Positions 18,366-31,875 of a DNA stretch of 64,000 nt are shown here, one piece after another. Where the stretch lies: the NCBI GenBank assembly GCA_965219955.1, contig OZ244799.1, forward strand, positions 960,001-1,024,000. The letters are read 5' to 3'. Below the pieces are notes generated by a model that worked only from the letters and a program-made list of their open reading frames with translations, made no database searches and was not told where the DNA came from. Positions within the stretch are counted from its first letter, which is position 1. The number at the start of each line of letters is the position of its first letter. Origin of the DNA: a bacterium. Lineage in GTDB: Bacteria > UBA8248. The translations under genes and the position numbers were made by a program.

Positions 18366-19790
18366 GTGGAAACGCCCGCTCGTGAAGAGCGGTCCGCGGA
18401 GTCGGGCCATCTCCCCCCACAGAACATAGAAGCCGAACAGCGCGTTCTGGGCGCTTTGCTGCTCGACGGCGCGATGGTGCCGCCCGTCATGGAAGTGTTG
18501 CGGCCGGAGCATTTCTACCGCATGAGCCATCGTGTGATCTACGAGGGCATGCTCAGCCTTTTCGAGAAATCCGAACCCATCGACCTCCTCACCCTGGCCG
18601 ACGCCCTGAAGAAGGCGGGTACGCTCGATACGGCGGGCGGGCCTGAATACGTCGCGCGTCTGGCGGACGATGTTTCAAGCGCCCGGCGCGCGGAAACCTA
18701 CGCGAAACTCGTCAGAAGCACGGCATTGCTCAGAGAACTCATACACACCTCGAACGCCATCGCGCAGCGAGCGTTTACGGGCGAGGAGGATATCGATACG
18801 CTCGTGGACGACGCCGAGCGCGCCATGCTGGAAGTTTCATCCGGGCGCTACCAGCAAAGCGTGGAGGGCATGCGCGACATCATCAAACATACGTTCCCTT
18901 ATCTGGAGGACCTCTACGATCGCAAGGAACTGGTCACCGGCGTCCCCACGGGGTACTCGGATCTGGATAAGCTGACGAGTGGCTTGCAGCCCGGGGAATT
19001 GATCATCGTGGCCGGTCGTCCCAGCATGGGGAAGACGGCGTTCGCCCTGTGCGTCGCGGAATACGCCTCTTTGGCGTCGAAAACCGCCACGGCGATATTC
19101 AGCCTGGAGATGAGCGCGCGCGCATTGGCGATTCGCATGATGTGCGGGCGCGCCATGGTGAATTCCAGGCAGCTTCAAAGCGGCTACATGCCCTCTCAGA
19201 AATGGCCGGATTTGATTCGGAGCGCGGGCGAACTGTCGGAGGCGTCCATTTACGTGGACGACGCGACGGATTTGTCCGTGTTCGACATCCGGGCGAAATG
19301 CCGCCGCATCCAGGCGGATCAGGGTCTCGGCCTCGTGGTGGTCGATTACCTCCAGCTTGTGCACCACAGGGGCCGTTCCATGGAGAACCGCCAGCGCGAG
19401 ATCAGCGAAATATCCCGGGGGCTGAAAAGCCTGGCGAAAGAACTCAACGTGCCCGTCGTGGCCTTGAGCCAGCTGTCGAGGGCGGTGGAATCGAGAGAGG
19501 GCAAGCGCCCCAACCTGGCCGACCTGCGTGAGTCGGGCTCGATAGAACAGGATGCGGATGTCGTGGCCTTGCTGTATCGCGAGGAGTATTATGACCCCAA
19601 ACCCGACAACAAAGGGGTCGCCACCGTCATTCTCGCCAAACAGCGCAACGGGCCGACCGGTGAACTCGAACTCAAGTTTTTTCCGGATTATGCGCGGTTC
19701 GTAAACCTGGATGCATATCACGAGGGCGCGGCCGTAGGCTCGCAGCATGCGGAACCGGGCTATCCCGAAGAAGCGGATGCGCCGTTCTAG
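18366..19790 (+). CDS. dnaB: Replicative DNA helicase
   Basis: PPQNIEAE, GRPSMGKT, FSLEM, VDYLQL, DLRESGSIEQDAD, KQRNGPTG; no intein. Confidence 0.97.
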   Translation: METPAREERSAESGHLPPQNIEAEQRVLGALLLDGAMVPPVMEVLRPEHFYRMSHRVIYEGMLSLFEKSEPIDLLTLADALKKAGTLDTAGGPEYVARLADDVSSARRAETYAKLVRSTALLRELIHTSNAIAQRAFTGEEDIDTLVDDAERAMLEVSSGRYQQSVEGMRDIIKHTFPYLEDLYDRKELVTGVPTGYSDLDKLTSGLQPGELIIVAGRPSMGKTAFALCVAEYASLASKTATAIFSLEMSARALAIRMMCGRAMVNSRQLQSGYMPSQKWPDLIRSAGELSEASIYVDDATDLSVFDIRAKCRRIQADQGLGLVVVDYLQLVHHRGRSMENRQREISEISRGLKSLAKELNVPVVALSQLSRAVESREGKRPNLADLRESGSIEQDADVVALLYREEYYDPKPDNKGVATVILAKQRNGPTGELELKFFPDYARFVNLDAYHEGAAVGSQHAEPGYPEEADAPF

Positions 19791-19832
19791 CAGCGGAGCG
19801 ACGAAGACGTCTCCCCGAAGAGGGTCTTCTTT

Positions 19833-21008
19833 TTGAGCGAACATTTGCTGCCGGCCGGGTATCGGAACGCTCTTTTCGTTGATCTGGACATCCTGACCCG
19901 AAATTATGAAAATCTGACCGGTCTGCTCCTCTCCCGGGAGCCGTTCGCCGTCGTGAAGGCGGAAGGCTACGGGCACGGCGGCGTGGAGGTCGCCCGCGCC
20001 GTATATGAGGCGGGCGCCAGATGGTTCGGGGTCGCGGCGGTTCAGGAGGCGGAGGCGCTTCGCGCCGCTGATGCGGGGGACGGGTTCGCCGATGCGCGCA
20101 TATTGGTGATGAGCGATACGCTGGCGTATAACGCGAAAAGGCTGGTCGAGGCGGATTGCGACGCCGCCGTCTGGCGCATGGAGCAGGTGGAAGGCCTGGC
20201 GGCCGCGGCGAGAGGAGCGGGCGGAAAAGCGGGAATCCACGTCAAGGTGGACACGGGGATGGGGCGTCTGGGGTTGCGCCCGGCGGAAGCCGTCGATTTC
20301 ATCGAAAGGGCCTCCCGGGTGGAGAATGTCGAGGTTGCCGGTCTGATGAGCCATTTCGCGCGGGCGGACGAAGAAGAAGGAGAGGCCGCGACGAGCGCGC
20401 AAATTCGCGAGATGGAGGCGCTTATCCAAATGCTTCGGGAGAAGAGTCTGCTTCCCCCCCATGTCCACATGTCGAACAGCGCGGGCTTGTTGAATTATCC
20501 CCATGCGCCCGGCAATCTGGTGCGCCTGGGGCTGGCGCTGTATGGCTCCTCGCCACAGTTTTCAGAGAGCGTGGCATTGAAATCCGCCATGACGTGGGTC
20601 GCGAGGGTACTGCAGGTGAAAGAAGTCGGCGCAGGCCGGCCGGTCGGATACGGCGGAACTTATGAGAGAAGTTCTCCCGGGCGAATCGCGATGGTGGCGA
20701 CGGGGTATGGGGACGGCTATCCGCGCATCCTTTCCAACCGTGCGGATGCGCTGGTCGGCGGTGTACGGGTTCCGGTGGCGGGGCGCGTATCCATGGACAT
20801 GCTGGCGCTCGATGTGACGAAGATCGAAAACATCGCGCCGGGAGACCAGGTCGTCCTGATGGGAGAGGGGGGCGATGGAGCCGTCAGTTGCGAGGAGGTG
20901 GCCGACAGGGCCGAGACGATACCCTATGAGATCATGTGCGGGGTGGGCGTCCGCGTGCCGAGAATCTATTTGCGGGATGGCCGGGCCACCCATGTTCGCA
21001 AGTTGTAG
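19833..21008 (+). CDS. alr: Alanine racemase
   Basis: VVKAEGYGHG, KVDTGMGRLG, GYGDG, GRVSMDM, TIPYEI. Confidence 0.95.
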   Translation: MSEHLLPAGYRNALFVDLDILTRNYENLTGLLLSREPFAVVKAEGYGHGGVEVARAVYEAGARWFGVAAVQEAEALRAADAGDGFADARILVMSDTLAYNAKRLVEADCDAAVWRMEQVEGLAAAARGAGGKAGIHVKVDTGMGRLGLRPAEAVDFIERASRVENVEVAGLMSHFARADEEEGEAATSAQIREMEALIQMLREKSLLPPHVHMSNSAGLLNYPHAPGNLVRLGLALYGSSPQFSESVALKSAMTWVARVLQVKEVGAGRPVGYGGTYERSSPGRIAMVATGYGDGYPRILSNRADALVGGVRVPVAGRVSMDMLALDVTKIENIAPGDQVVLMGEGGDGAVSCEEVADRAETIPYEIMCGVGVRVPRIYLRDGRATHVRKL

Positions 21009-21040
21009 CGGGTGGTTGTTCTACAGAGGCGAGAGCGGTC

Positions 21041-22995
<1,955 letters not shown>

Positions 22996-23097
22996 GCGAC
23001 TGATTCTTAATGCCTTTGTTGACAAGGAGCGGGGGCTTTGCTACGAAGCCTTGGCTATGAGGACAGGCGGAGCGCTTTTTCCATGGAGATACAGGGA

Positions 23098-23487
23098 ATG
23101 TTGGATTCTTTAGCGGCATGGTTGGCTGATTTTTCGGTAGCGTACGCCATGGCTCCTCCTTCCGGCGGGGGTGGCGGGCAGCCCAGTTTCCTGATTCAGC
23201 TGGCGCCGTTCCTGATGATTTTCGCCATCATCTATTTCATCATGATCAGGCCCCAGCAGAAGAAGCAGCAGGAAATTCGCAGGATGCAGGAGGCCCTCAA
23301 GCCCGGAGATCAGGTCGTCGCGAGTGGAATTCTGGGAGAAGTGGCGAGAATCAAAGACGAAATCGTGACGCTGAAAGTGGATGAGAACGTGCGTATTCGC
23401 GTGCAAAAGTCTTTTGTCACGGCTGCGGGTTCGAGCGCGAATACGGAGCAGAACAAGGCTCCCCAGAAAGAAAAACCAGAAAAATAA
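23098..23487 (+). CDS. yajC: Preprotein translocase subunit YajC
   Basis: IYFIMIRPQQKKQ, LKPGDQV; between tgt and secD; start uncertain (23083 or 23098). Confidence 0.92.
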   Translation: MLDSLAAWLADFSVAYAMAPPSGGGGGQPSFLIQLAPFLMIFAIIYFIMIRPQQKKQQEIRRMQEALKPGDQVVASGILGEVARIKDEIVTLKVDENVRIRVQKSFVTAAGSSANTEQNKAPQKEKPEK

Positions 23488-23569
23488 AAGTGAAGTCATT
23501 TCACCCTTCACCCGGTGAAATGATTTTCGATAGGGGTGGCCTGGAGCCGCCCGGCGTAAGGAGAGTTTC

Positions 23570-25120
23570 ATGAGGGGTGTTAGCTGGCGGGCAGGCCTGA
23601 TAGCCATCGTTATCGTCGTCTCCGCGTTTTATCTGATTCCACCGGAGGAGCGCATCAACTTAGGCCTTGATCTGCAGGGCGGGATTCATCTGGTCCTCGA
23701 GGTACAGTCCGAAAAGGCGGTGGAATCGAAAATGAGCCGCTATTTCACAGAACTTCGAAACCGCCTTTCCATAGACGACATCCGCACCCGGACCTTCAAG
23801 CGCGACGGCTTGAGGCTGACCGTGACCCTCCACCGCCCCGGCGACAGGGGCCGATTCCTCTCGATGATGCAGAATTATCCGGATCTCACCCTGCAGCGCG
23901 AAGAGGGAACCCCGCCGACGTTCGAGTATTTCCTCTCCTCGCAACAGGTGGAGCGCACGAAAGAGCAGGCCATCATCCAGGCGCTCGAGACGATTCGGAA
24001 CCGAATCGATCAGTTCGGCGTGCGCGAACCCACGCTCCAGCGTCAGGGAGAGCGGCGCATCATCATCCAGCTTCCGGGGGTGGAAGACCCCTCACGGGCG
24101 AAGTCTCTGATCGGGAAAACGGCGCTCCTGGAGTTCAAGATGGTGGACAGCCAGGCCAACGTCGCCAGCGCGATAGAGCGTGGCCGCGCGCCCGAGGGTC
24201 TGCAGCTTTTATATGAAGTATCGAGAGACAGGCAGACGGGTGAGGTGATCGAGCGCACCCCCTTGCTGGTGAAGAGAGAAGCCGCCCTGACGGGCGACAA
24301 TCTGACCGATGCGCGCGTGGAAATCGGAGATCGCTTCAACCAGTCCTACGTGGCCATCGCGTTCGATTCCGTGGGGGCGGACGCGTTCGACCGCCTCACG
24401 GCGGCCAACGTGGGCAGGCGTCTCGCCATCGTGCTCGACGGCGTCATCTACAGCGCGCCCGTCATTCAGGAGCGAATCAGCCAGGGCAGGGCGCAGATCA
24501 CGGGGAGTTTCACGCTCGAAGAAGCGACGGACCTGGCGATCGCGCTGAGAGCGGGTGCGCTTCCCGCCCCGGTGGAAGTTCTGGAAGAGAGAAACGTCGG
24601 CCCATCTCTGGGGGCCGATTCCGTTCGCCAGGGGCTCATCAGCATCATCGTCGGGTTCGTTCTCGTCCTGATATTCATGGGGATCTATTACAAGCTGAGC
24701 GGCGCGGTGGCCATCATGGCGCTCCTGTTCAATCTCTTGATACTCATGGGAGCGCTTGGGTTCTTCGGCGCCACGCTGACCCTGCCGGGGATCGCCGGCA
24801 TCGTGCTCACGGTCGGTATGGCGGTCGACGCCAACGTATTGATCTTCGAACGCATCCGGGAGGAATTGCGGTTGGGGAAAACCATCCGCTCCGCTATCGA
24901 TTCGGGGTACGGCAAGGCGTTTCTCACCATCCTGGACGCGAACGTAACGACGCTCATCGCGGCGCTTGTGCTCCTGCAGTTCGGGACGGGACCCATCAAG
25001 GGATTCGCCGTCACCCTGAGCATCGGCATCGTGGCGAGCATGTTCACCGCGATCTTCGTCACCCGATTCGTATATGACTTCTTCTTGTACAGAACCGACG
25101 TGAGGAGTTTGAGCATCTAA
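23570..25120 (+). CDS. secD: Protein translocase subunit SecD
   Basis: LGLDLQGG, RIDQFGV, VGPSLG, GMAVDANVLIFERIREE. Confidence 0.96.
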   Translation: MRGVSWRAGLIAIVIVVSAFYLIPPEERINLGLDLQGGIHLVLEVQSEKAVESKMSRYFTELRNRLSIDDIRTRTFKRDGLRLTVTLHRPGDRGRFLSMMQNYPDLTLQREEGTPPTFEYFLSSQQVERTKEQAIIQALETIRNRIDQFGVREPTLQRQGERRIIIQLPGVEDPSRAKSLIGKTALLEFKMVDSQANVASAIERGRAPEGLQLLYEVSRDRQTGEVIERTPLLVKREAALTGDNLTDARVEIGDRFNQSYVAIAFDSVGADAFDRLTAANVGRRLAIVLDGVIYSAPVIQERISQGRAQITGSFTLEEATDLAIALRAGALPAPVEVLEERNVGPSLGADSVRQGLISIIVGFVLVLIFMGIYYKLSGAVAIMALLFNLLILMGALGFFGATLTLPGIAGIVLTVGMAVDANVLIFERIREELRLGKTIRSAIDSGYGKAFLTILDANVTTLIAALVLLQFGTGPIKGFAVTLSIGIVASMFTAIFVTRFVYDFFLYRTDVRSLSI

Positions 25121-26049
25121 TGGAAATTATCCGGCCAGACGCATCGTTCGACATCATCGGCAAGATCAAGCTCTTCGTCGGCGTTTCCACCGTGGTCGTC
25201 GTGCTGTCCCTTCTCCTGCTGATGACCAAGGGGATCAACTACGGCATCGATTTCACCGGCGGAACGCTGGTGCAGGTCCAGCTCAAAGAGGCCAAGCCGA
25301 TTGGCGACGTGCGAAGCGCTCTCGCGGGGCTTTCCTTGGGCGATACCGTCATCCAGAATTTCGGCTCCGAGAGGGAGTTCCTGATTCGCGTGGAGAAAAG
25401 CTCGGGCGACATCAAGGGCGTCGAATCCGTCGTGAGAACCGCGCTCATCAAAAAATTCGGCAAAGACGCGTTCGAGATGCGCAGAACCGAGATGGTGGGT
25501 CCCAAAGTGGGCGCGGACCTGCGCCAGAAGGCGCTCAGCAGCATGCTCTTCGCCCTTATCGGCATTCTCATCTACATCAGCTTCCGTTTCCAGTTTCGAC
25601 AGGCGATTGCCTCGGTCGTGGCGCTTTTGCACGACGTCATCATCACGCTCGGCGTCTTCTCCCTGTCGGGCAAGGAGTTTTCCCTCCCGATCGTGGCCGC
25701 CGTCTTGACGATCATCGGTTATTCGCTGAACGACACCATCGTCGTGTTCGACCGCATCCGCGAGAATACGCGCGCTTCGAGGCGCGCCGAGTTTTCAGGA
25801 CTCGTCAACAAATCCATCAACCAGACGCTTTCGCGCACGCTCCTCACCTCAGGCACGACGCTCGTCGCCGTGCTGGCATTCCTCATCCTGGGTGGCGACA
25901 TCATCTCCGACGTGGCGTTCGCCCTGGCGGTGGGCATCTTGGCCGGTACGTATTCCTCGATATACGTGGCGAGTCCCATCCTGCTGGCGTGGCCGGAGCC
26001 GGCCCGCCGAGGCTCCCGAGGCAAGAGAAGCTCCGCCGCCAAAGCCTGA
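25120..26049 (+). CDS. secF: Protein translocase subunit SecF
   Basis: GIDFTGG, VGPKVG, GYSLNDTIVVFDRIRE, GTYSS. Confidence 0.96.
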   Translation: MEIIRPDASFDIIGKIKLFVGVSTVVVVLSLLLLMTKGINYGIDFTGGTLVQVQLKEAKPIGDVRSALAGLSLGDTVIQNFGSEREFLIRVEKSSGDIKGVESVVRTALIKKFGKDAFEMRRTEMVGPKVGADLRQKALSSMLFALIGILIYISFRFQFRQAIASVVALLHDVIITLGVFSLSGKEFSLPIVAAVLTIIGYSLNDTIVVFDRIRENTRASRRAEFSGLVNKSINQTLSRTLLTSGTTLVAVLAFLILGGDIISDVAFALAVGILAGTYSSIYVASPILLAWPEPARRGSRGKRSSAAKA

Positions 26050-26188
26050 TTTTCTCGATACAGGGTGAGGGTGGTTTGGCCCCTGAAGGCTGTTGATCAC
26101 GAAGATCGGCTTGTGCCGCATCTCCGAATGACATCCAGAAATAGATAAATATATTCAGTAAGTTACAACGTATCGTTCAAGAATTACG

Positions 26189-27403
26189 TTAGGAATCGCG
26201 TTGCGCGCGCACCCGCAGCCGCAGGGCGTTCAGGCGGATGAATCCTTCCGCGTCTTTTTGGGAATAGACGGCGTCTTCCTCGAAGGTGGCGAGGTCGGAA
26301 CGGTAGAGGGTCAGGTTCTCGGGGGCTTTCCTGCCCACGACACTGCAGGCGCCCTTGTAGAGTTTCACGCGGGCTGCGCCGCATACGGATTCCGCCGCGC
26401 CGTCGATGGCGGATTGCAGGAATTCCCGCTCCGGCGCGAACCAGAAGCCGTTGTAGACGAGTTGCGCGTATTTGGGGATCAGGGAATCGCGCAACTGCAG
26501 GACTTCCCGGTCCATCGTGAGGGACTCCACGGCCCGGCGCGCCGCGTGCAGAACCGTGCCCGCGGGCGTCTCGTACACGCCTCTGCTCTTCATGCCGACG
26601 AAGCGGTTTTCCACCAGGTCCACCCGGCCCACGCCGTGCGCGCCCGCCAGGGCGTTTAACTGCTCCATCATGGCGACTGGCGAGAGCGCCTCTCCGTTCA
26701 AGGCCACGGGGTCGCCTCTTTCGAACTCGATTTCGACGTACTCGGGCGCGTCGGGCGCTTTTTCGGGTGACACGCTCAAGACGTACATATCCGCTGGCGG
26801 CTCCGCCCAGGGGTCTTCCAGAACGCCGCCCTCGAAACTGATGTGCAGGAGGTTTCTGTCCATCGAATAGGGCTTTTCCGCCGTCACGGGTATCGGTATG
26901 CCGTGTCTTTCCGCGTAGGCGATGAGATGGGAGCGCCCCCCGAAATCCCAGTCGCGCCAGGGCGCGATGATGGTGACGTCCGGGTCGATGGAGGCGTACG
27001 TCAACTCGAAGCGCACCTGGTCATTCCCCTTGCCCGTGGCGCCGTGGGCGACGGCGTCGCCACCTGTTTTCTTGAGCACGTCCATGTGGCCCTTCGCAAT
27101 GAGGGGCCGGGCGATGGACGTCCCCAGCAGATAGGCGCCTTCATAGACGGCGCCCGCGCGGAGCATGGGGAAGATGTAGTCGCGCGCGAATTCCTCCCTC
27201 AAATCCAGGATGTGGCAGGACTCCGCACCCGTGGCCAGCGCCTTTTCCTCCAGACCGTCGAGTTCGCCCGCGCCCTGGCCGACGTCTGCCGCAAAGGCGA
27301 CGACGGGGCACTCGTATGTTTCCTTGATCCACTTGAGCATGACGGAGGTGTCCAGCCCGCCTGAATAGGCGAGGACCACCCTGCTCGGCTTAGGCGCCAT
27401 CAT
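26189..27403 (-). CDS. argG: Argininosuccinate synthase
   Basis: [37 protein letters not shown]. Confidence 0.97.
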   Translation of the reverse strand: MMAPKPSRVVLAYSGGLDTSVMLKWIKETYECPVVAFAADVGQGAGELDGLEEKALATGAESCHILDLREEFARDYIFPMLRAGAVYEGAYLLGTSIARPLIAKGHMDVLKKTGGDAVAHGATGKGNDQVRFELTYASIDPDVTIIAPWRDWDFGGRSHLIAYAERHGIPIPVTAEKPYSMDRNLLHISFEGGVLEDPWAEPPADMYVLSVSPEKAPDAPEYVEIEFERGDPVALNGEALSPVAMMEQLNALAGAHGVGRVDLVENRFVGMKSRGVYETPAGTVLHAARRAVESLTMDREVLQLRDSLIPKYAQLVYNGFWFAPEREFLQSAIDGAAESVCGAARVKLYKGACSVVGRKAPENLTLYRSDLATFEEDAVYSQKDAEGFIRLNALRLRVRAQRDS

Positions 27404-28328
27404 TTCCTCCGGCTAGAATTTGAAGGAGTATCTTCTGTGCGTGGAGCCGGTTCCCGGCCTGCGTGAAAACGACGCTCCTCGGGCCGTCGATGACGTCCGC
27501 CGTCACTTCCTCCCCCCTGTGCGCGGGGAGGCAGTGCATGAAAACGGCGTCCTCGCTCGCGGCCCGGAAAACTTCCTCGTTCACCTGGTATGGAGCCAGG
27601 ACTTTCTGGCGGCGTTCGTTCTCATCCTCCTGTCCCATGGAAGCCCACACGTCCGTATAGACGGCATGCGCGCCCGCGCACGCTTCTTCGGCGTCCTCGG
27701 TGACGTGGATTTGCGCGTTCGATTCCTGCGCCGAACCCCGCGCCTGCTCCAGAATTTCGGAATCGGGCCAGTACCCTTTCGGACACGCCGCGCTGACGTC
27801 GACGCCGATCAGAGCGCCCACGATGAGCAGCGAATGCAGCACGTTGTTCCCGTCTCCCAGGTAGGCGAGCTTGAGGCCATCGAGCGTTCCGTAGCGTTCT
27901 CTCATCGTGAGGAAATCGGCGAGCGCCTGGCAGGGGTGGTGGAGGTCCGTCAGGCCGTTGATGACGGGAACGCTCGCGTTCGCGGCGATCTCCTCCACGC
28001 GCGCGTGCGCATACGTTCTGACGACGATGCCGTCCACGTATTCGCTCAAAACCCTGGCGCTGTCCGCAGGGGTTTCTCCCCGGGCGATCTGCGTGTCGTT
28101 CGGCGCCAGGAAAATGGTGCTGGCCCCCAGTTGGGTGAGGCCTGCCTCGAAGGAAACCCGCGTCCTCGTGGAGTGCTTCTCAAAAATGAGCGCGAAGTTC
28201 TTTCCCGAGAGCGCGGGGCGGAGTTTTCCCTCGGCCGTTTCTTTTTTCTGGACGAGCGCCTCTTCGATGAGTTCGAGCGTTTTGGCGGCGCTCAGCTCAA
28301 AGCCTGTAAGATAGTCGAGCTTGCTCAT
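27390..28328 (-). CDS. argF: Ornithine carbamoyltransferase
   Basis: Start MSKLDY; [25 protein letters not shown]. Confidence 0.96.
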   Translation of the reverse strand: MSKLDYLTGFELSAAKTLELIEEALVQKKETAEGKLRPALSGKNFALIFEKHSTRTRVSFEAGLTQLGASTIFLAPNDTQIARGETPADSARVLSEYVDGIVVRTYAHARVEEIAANASVPVINGLTDLHHPCQALADFLTMRERYGTLDGLKLAYLGDGNNVLHSLLIVGALIGVDVSAACPKGYWPDSEILEQARGSAQESNAQIHVTEDAEEACAGAHAVYTDVWASMGQEDENERRQKVLAPYQVNEEVFRAASEDAVFMHCLPAHRGEEVTADVIDGPRSVVFTQAGNRLHAQKILLQILAGGNDGA

Positions 28329-29518
28329 TTCGCCAGATCCGCCAGCGCCCCGTCGAGGAAATCCATCAGCTTGTCGATCATCTCTTTTTCCACGACGAGG
28401 GGAGGGATGAGGCGGATGACCTTCTGGACGGCCACGTTGAGCAAAAAGCCGGCTTCCAGCCCCTTCGTGACGATGGAAGTCGCGTCCACGTCCACCTCGC
28501 AGCCGATGATCAGCCCCTTGCCCCTGATCTCCTTGATGATGGCGTGCCGCGTCGCCAGTTCCTCGAGACCCGCGGTGGCGTATGCCCCCATCTCCTGGAC
28601 GTGTTCCAGGAAGCCGGGCGCGGTCACGGCGTCCATCGCGGCGCATCCCGCGGCGGTGGCCAGGGGATTGCCGCCGAACGTGGCGGCATGGTCGCCGGGC
28701 TCGAACGCCATCGCCTTGTCCGAGGCGACAAGCGCGCCGATGGCCGTTCCGCCCGCCAGGGCCTTCGCCAGGCTCATGGCGTCGGGCGCGACGCCCTCGT
28801 GCTCGTACGCCCAGAGTTTTCCCGTCCTGCCCAGACCAACCTGGACCTCATCGAACAACAGCAACAAATCGTTCGCGTCGCAAATTTCTCTCAAACCCTT
28901 GAGATAGCCGTCGGGCGGCACGTTCACGCCGCCCTCGCCCTGGATGGGCTCCACCATGACGGCGCAGGTTTGCTCACTGACCGATGCGGCTACCGACTCC
29001 AAATCGCCGAAGGGCACGTAGCGGAACCCGGGCAGCAGGGGCTTGAACGCCCCGTGAAACTTCGTCTGGCCCGTGGCGGTGAGCGACGCCATGGTGCGGC
29101 CGTGGAAGCTCATGTCGAAGCTCAGTATCTCGTGGCGGCCTTCCCCGTATTTCTGGAACGAATACTTTCGGGCGAGCTTGAGCGCCGCTTCGACTGCCTC
29201 GGTTCCGCTGTTGCAGAAAAACGCCTTATCCCCGAAAGAGAGGCGGTTGAGCCTTTTGGCCAACTCGATCTGGGGTTCGATGTGATAGAGGTTCGAGACG
29301 TGGATCAGCTTTCCGGCCTGTTCCCTGATGGCGGCCACGACGCCCGGGTGGCAATGCCCGAGGTTGCACACCGCCAGACCGGACACGAAATCCAGATACT
29401 CTTTCCCGTCCGCGTCCCAGACGCGGCATCCCTCGCCGCGGACCAGCGCGATGGGGTAGCGCCCGTACGTGGGGGCGACGTTGCGTTCGGCGTCCGAGAT
29501 TAGAGTTACGTTGTCCAT
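28325..29518 (-). CDS. argD: Acetylornithine aminotransferase
   Basis: NSGTEA, FHGRT, EPIQGEGG, DEVQ, AKALAGG, TFGGNP; in arg operon. Confidence 0.93.
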   Translation of the reverse strand: MDNVTLISDAERNVAPTYGRYPIALVRGEGCRVWDADGKEYLDFVSGLAVCNLGHCHPGVVAAIREQAGKLIHVSNLYHIEPQIELAKRLNRLSFGDKAFFCNSGTEAVEAALKLARKYSFQKYGEGRHEILSFDMSFHGRTMASLTATGQTKFHGAFKPLLPGFRYVPFGDLESVAASVSEQTCAVMVEPIQGEGGVNVPPDGYLKGLREICDANDLLLLFDEVQVGLGRTGKLWAYEHEGVAPDAMSLAKALAGGTAIGALVASDKAMAFEPGDHAATFGGNPLATAAGCAAMDAVTAPGFLEHVQEMGAYATAGLEELATRHAIIKEIRGKGLIIGCEVDVDATSIVTKGLEAGFLLNVAVQKVIRLIPPLVVEKEMIDKLMDFLDGALADLAK

Positions 29519-29538
29519 GCTTTTCCCCAAAAAAGAAG

Positions 29539-30414
29539 CTATCTGACGATTTGCGTGCCCACGCCTTCATCCGTGAACACTTCGAGCAAGACCGCGTGAG
29601 GAACCCTGCCGTCGACGATGTGGGTTTTCGTCACGTTCGATGAGAGCGCGTCCAGGCACGCGTCGACCTTCGGGATCATCCCGCCGGTGATGATTTTCTT
29701 CTCTTTGAGCCTTTTGACGTCATCGCGCCTGATGGTGCTGATGAGGTTCTCGTCATTGTCCAGAATGCCGGGCACGTCCGTCAGGAGGATGAATTTTTCC
29801 GCATGAAGCGCCCCGGCGATGGCGCCCGCCGCCGAGTCGGCGTTGATGTTGTAGACGTTGCCGTCCTGCCCCACGCCCAGGGGCGCAATGACGGGGATGA
29901 AACCGCCGTCTGCGAGATGGTGGATGATGTCGGGCTTGATGGCCAGGACCTCGCCGACGCGCCCCAGGTCATACTCCACGTCCTCGCCGCCCGGTCCTTT
30001 TCTGCTCATGATCAGTTTCTTCGCCGTCGTGAGGCCGGCGTCCGAGCCGGAAAGGCCCACGGCGTTCCCTTCGTGCCGGTTGATGAGCCTCACGATGCTC
30101 TTGTTCGTGGCGCCGGAGAGCACCATCTCCACCACGCCGACCGTTTCCTCGTCCGTCACCCGGAGGCCTTCAATGAACTCGCTGGTCTTGCCGATTTTCC
30201 TTAAAGTTTCGCCGATTTGAGGGCCGCCGCCGTGGACGACGACCACGTTGATCCCCACGTACTTGAGAAGCACGATGTCCTGGGCGAAGGGAGCGTGGAG
30301 TTCCGGCTGCACCTGGGCCGCGCCGCCGTATTTGACGACGATGGTCTTGCCCGCGAACTGTTGGATGTAGGGCAGCGCTTCAACCAGCGTCGCCGCCCTG
30401 TCTCTTGGTTCCAT
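29539..30414 (-). CDS. argB: Acetylglutamate kinase
   Basis: EALPYI, VKYGG, VHGGGP, NINAD, GGMIPK. Confidence 0.96.
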   Translation of the reverse strand: MEPRDRAATLVEALPYIQQFAGKTIVVKYGGAAQVQPELHAPFAQDIVLLKYVGINVVVVHGGGPQIGETLRKIGKTSEFIEGLRVTDEETVGVVEMVLSGATNKSIVRLINRHEGNAVGLSGSDAGLTTAKKLIMSRKGPGGEDVEYDLGRVGEVLAIKPDIIHHLADGGFIPVIAPLGVGQDGNVYNINADSAAGAIAGALHAEKFILLTDVPGILDNDENLISTIRRDDVKRLKEKKIITGGMIPKVDACLDALSSNVTKTHIVDGRVPHAVLLEVFTDEGVGTQIVR

Positions 30415-30516
30415 GTCCGAGCCTTCAAAAACGAAGAATGAGAGACGGGTCTCTCGCCGTAAGCCGAGGAATATACACTCCCCCGATGCGCAAGGCCAAG
30501 GGGAGGGGCAGAAGGT

Positions 30517-31875
30517 TTAGAGAATATAGCGGCTCAAGTCAAGGTCTTCGACGATGTCGGTGAGGCGCTCGCGCACGTAGGCGGCGTCTATCCCCACGCT
30601 TTCGCCGGACATCTCGGGCGCCCGGAAGGAAATTTCCTCGAGAAGCCGCTCCATGATGGTGTGGAGCCTTCTGGCGCCGATGTTCTCGGTCTGCTCGTTG
30701 ATGCGGAAGGCGAAGTCGGCCACTTCCTTCACGGCGTCTTCCCCGAACGTGATGTTGACGCCCTCGGTCGCCAGAAGGGCGGGGTATTGGCGCACCAGCG
30801 CGTTCTCGGGCTCCTGGAGTATGCGGATGAAATCGTCGCGGTCCAGCGAGTCCAGTTCCACGCGGATGGGAAAGCGGCCCTGGAGTTCGGGCAGGAGGTC
30901 CGAGGGCTTGGCCATGTGGAACGCGCCCGCCGCGATGAAGAGGATGTGGTCCGTCTTCACCGGGCCGTACTTGGTCTGTACGGTGGAGCCTTCCACGATG
31001 GGGAGCAGGTCCCTCTGAACGCCTTCGCGCGAGACGTCCGGGCCTCCTCTCCCGTTGTTCTGGGCGGCGACCTTGTCGATCTCATCGAGAAACACGATGC
31101 CGGACTGCTCGGTGCGCTCGATGGCTTCGGCGTTCAGGCTGTCCGGGTCGATGAGCTTGTCCGCCTCTTCCTGCGCGAGATACTCGAAAGCTTCGGGCAC
31201 CTTCATGCGCCTGCTCTTGGGGGCCTGGGGCATGAAGTTTCCCATGATTTCCTTCATGTTGATGCCGATCTGCTCCATGTCGCTCCCGCCCATGAAGTGG
31301 ATTTCGGGGCCTTTGTCCGCCACCTCCATCTCCACTTCCCGGTCGTCGAGCTTTCCCTCGAGCAACAGGGCGCGGAACTTCTCCCTTGATCGCTGGTAGC
31401 TCTCATCGCCGAGCGGGTCCTTGGATTGGCCGCGTTCGTCCATCGCGCCGAACCCGGGAGGATGCGGCAAAAGCATGTCGAGGAGCCGCTCTTCGGCCAG
31501 TTCCTGGGCTTTGGCTTTGTTGACCTCGCGCTGCTCATCCTGGACGATGTTGCGCGCCAGTTCGACGAGGTCGCGAATCATGCTCTCCACGTCGCGGCCC
31601 ACGTAGCCCACCTCGGTGAATTTGCTGGCCTCGACCTTGATGAAGGGGCTTTTCGCGAGCTTGGCCAGGCGTCTTGCGATCTCGGTTTTCCCGACGCCGG
31701 TGGGGCCTATCATGATGATGTTCTTGGGCGCCACGTCCTCAGCCATCTCGGGCGGGAGTTGCTGTCTGCGCCAGCGGTTTCTGAGCGCGACCGCCACCGC
31801 CCGCTTGGCGTCTCCCTGGCCGATGACGTAGCGGTCGAGTTCCTCGACGATTCGTGCAGGCGTTAAATTTTCCAT
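30517..31875 (-). CDS. hslU: ATP-dependent protease ATPase subunit HslU
   Basis: [38 protein letters not shown]. Confidence 0.97.
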   Translation of the reverse strand: MENLTPARIVEELDRYVIGQGDAKRAVAVALRNRWRRQQLPPEMAEDVAPKNIIMIGPTGVGKTEIARRLAKLAKSPFIKVEASKFTEVGYVGRDVESMIRDLVELARNIVQDEQREVNKAKAQELAEERLLDMLLPHPPGFGAMDERGQSKDPLGDESYQRSREKFRALLLEGKLDDREVEMEVADKGPEIHFMGGSDMEQIGINMKEIMGNFMPQAPKSRRMKVPEAFEYLAQEEADKLIDPDSLNAEAIERTEQSGIVFLDEIDKVAAQNNGRGGPDVSREGVQRDLLPIVEGSTVQTKYGPVKTDHILFIAAGAFHMAKPSDLLPELQGRFPIRVELDSLDRDDFIRILQEPENALVRQYPALLATEGVNITFGEDAVKEVADFAFRINEQTENIGARRLHTIMERLLEEISFRAPEMSGESVGIDAAYVRERLTDIVEDLDLSRYIL

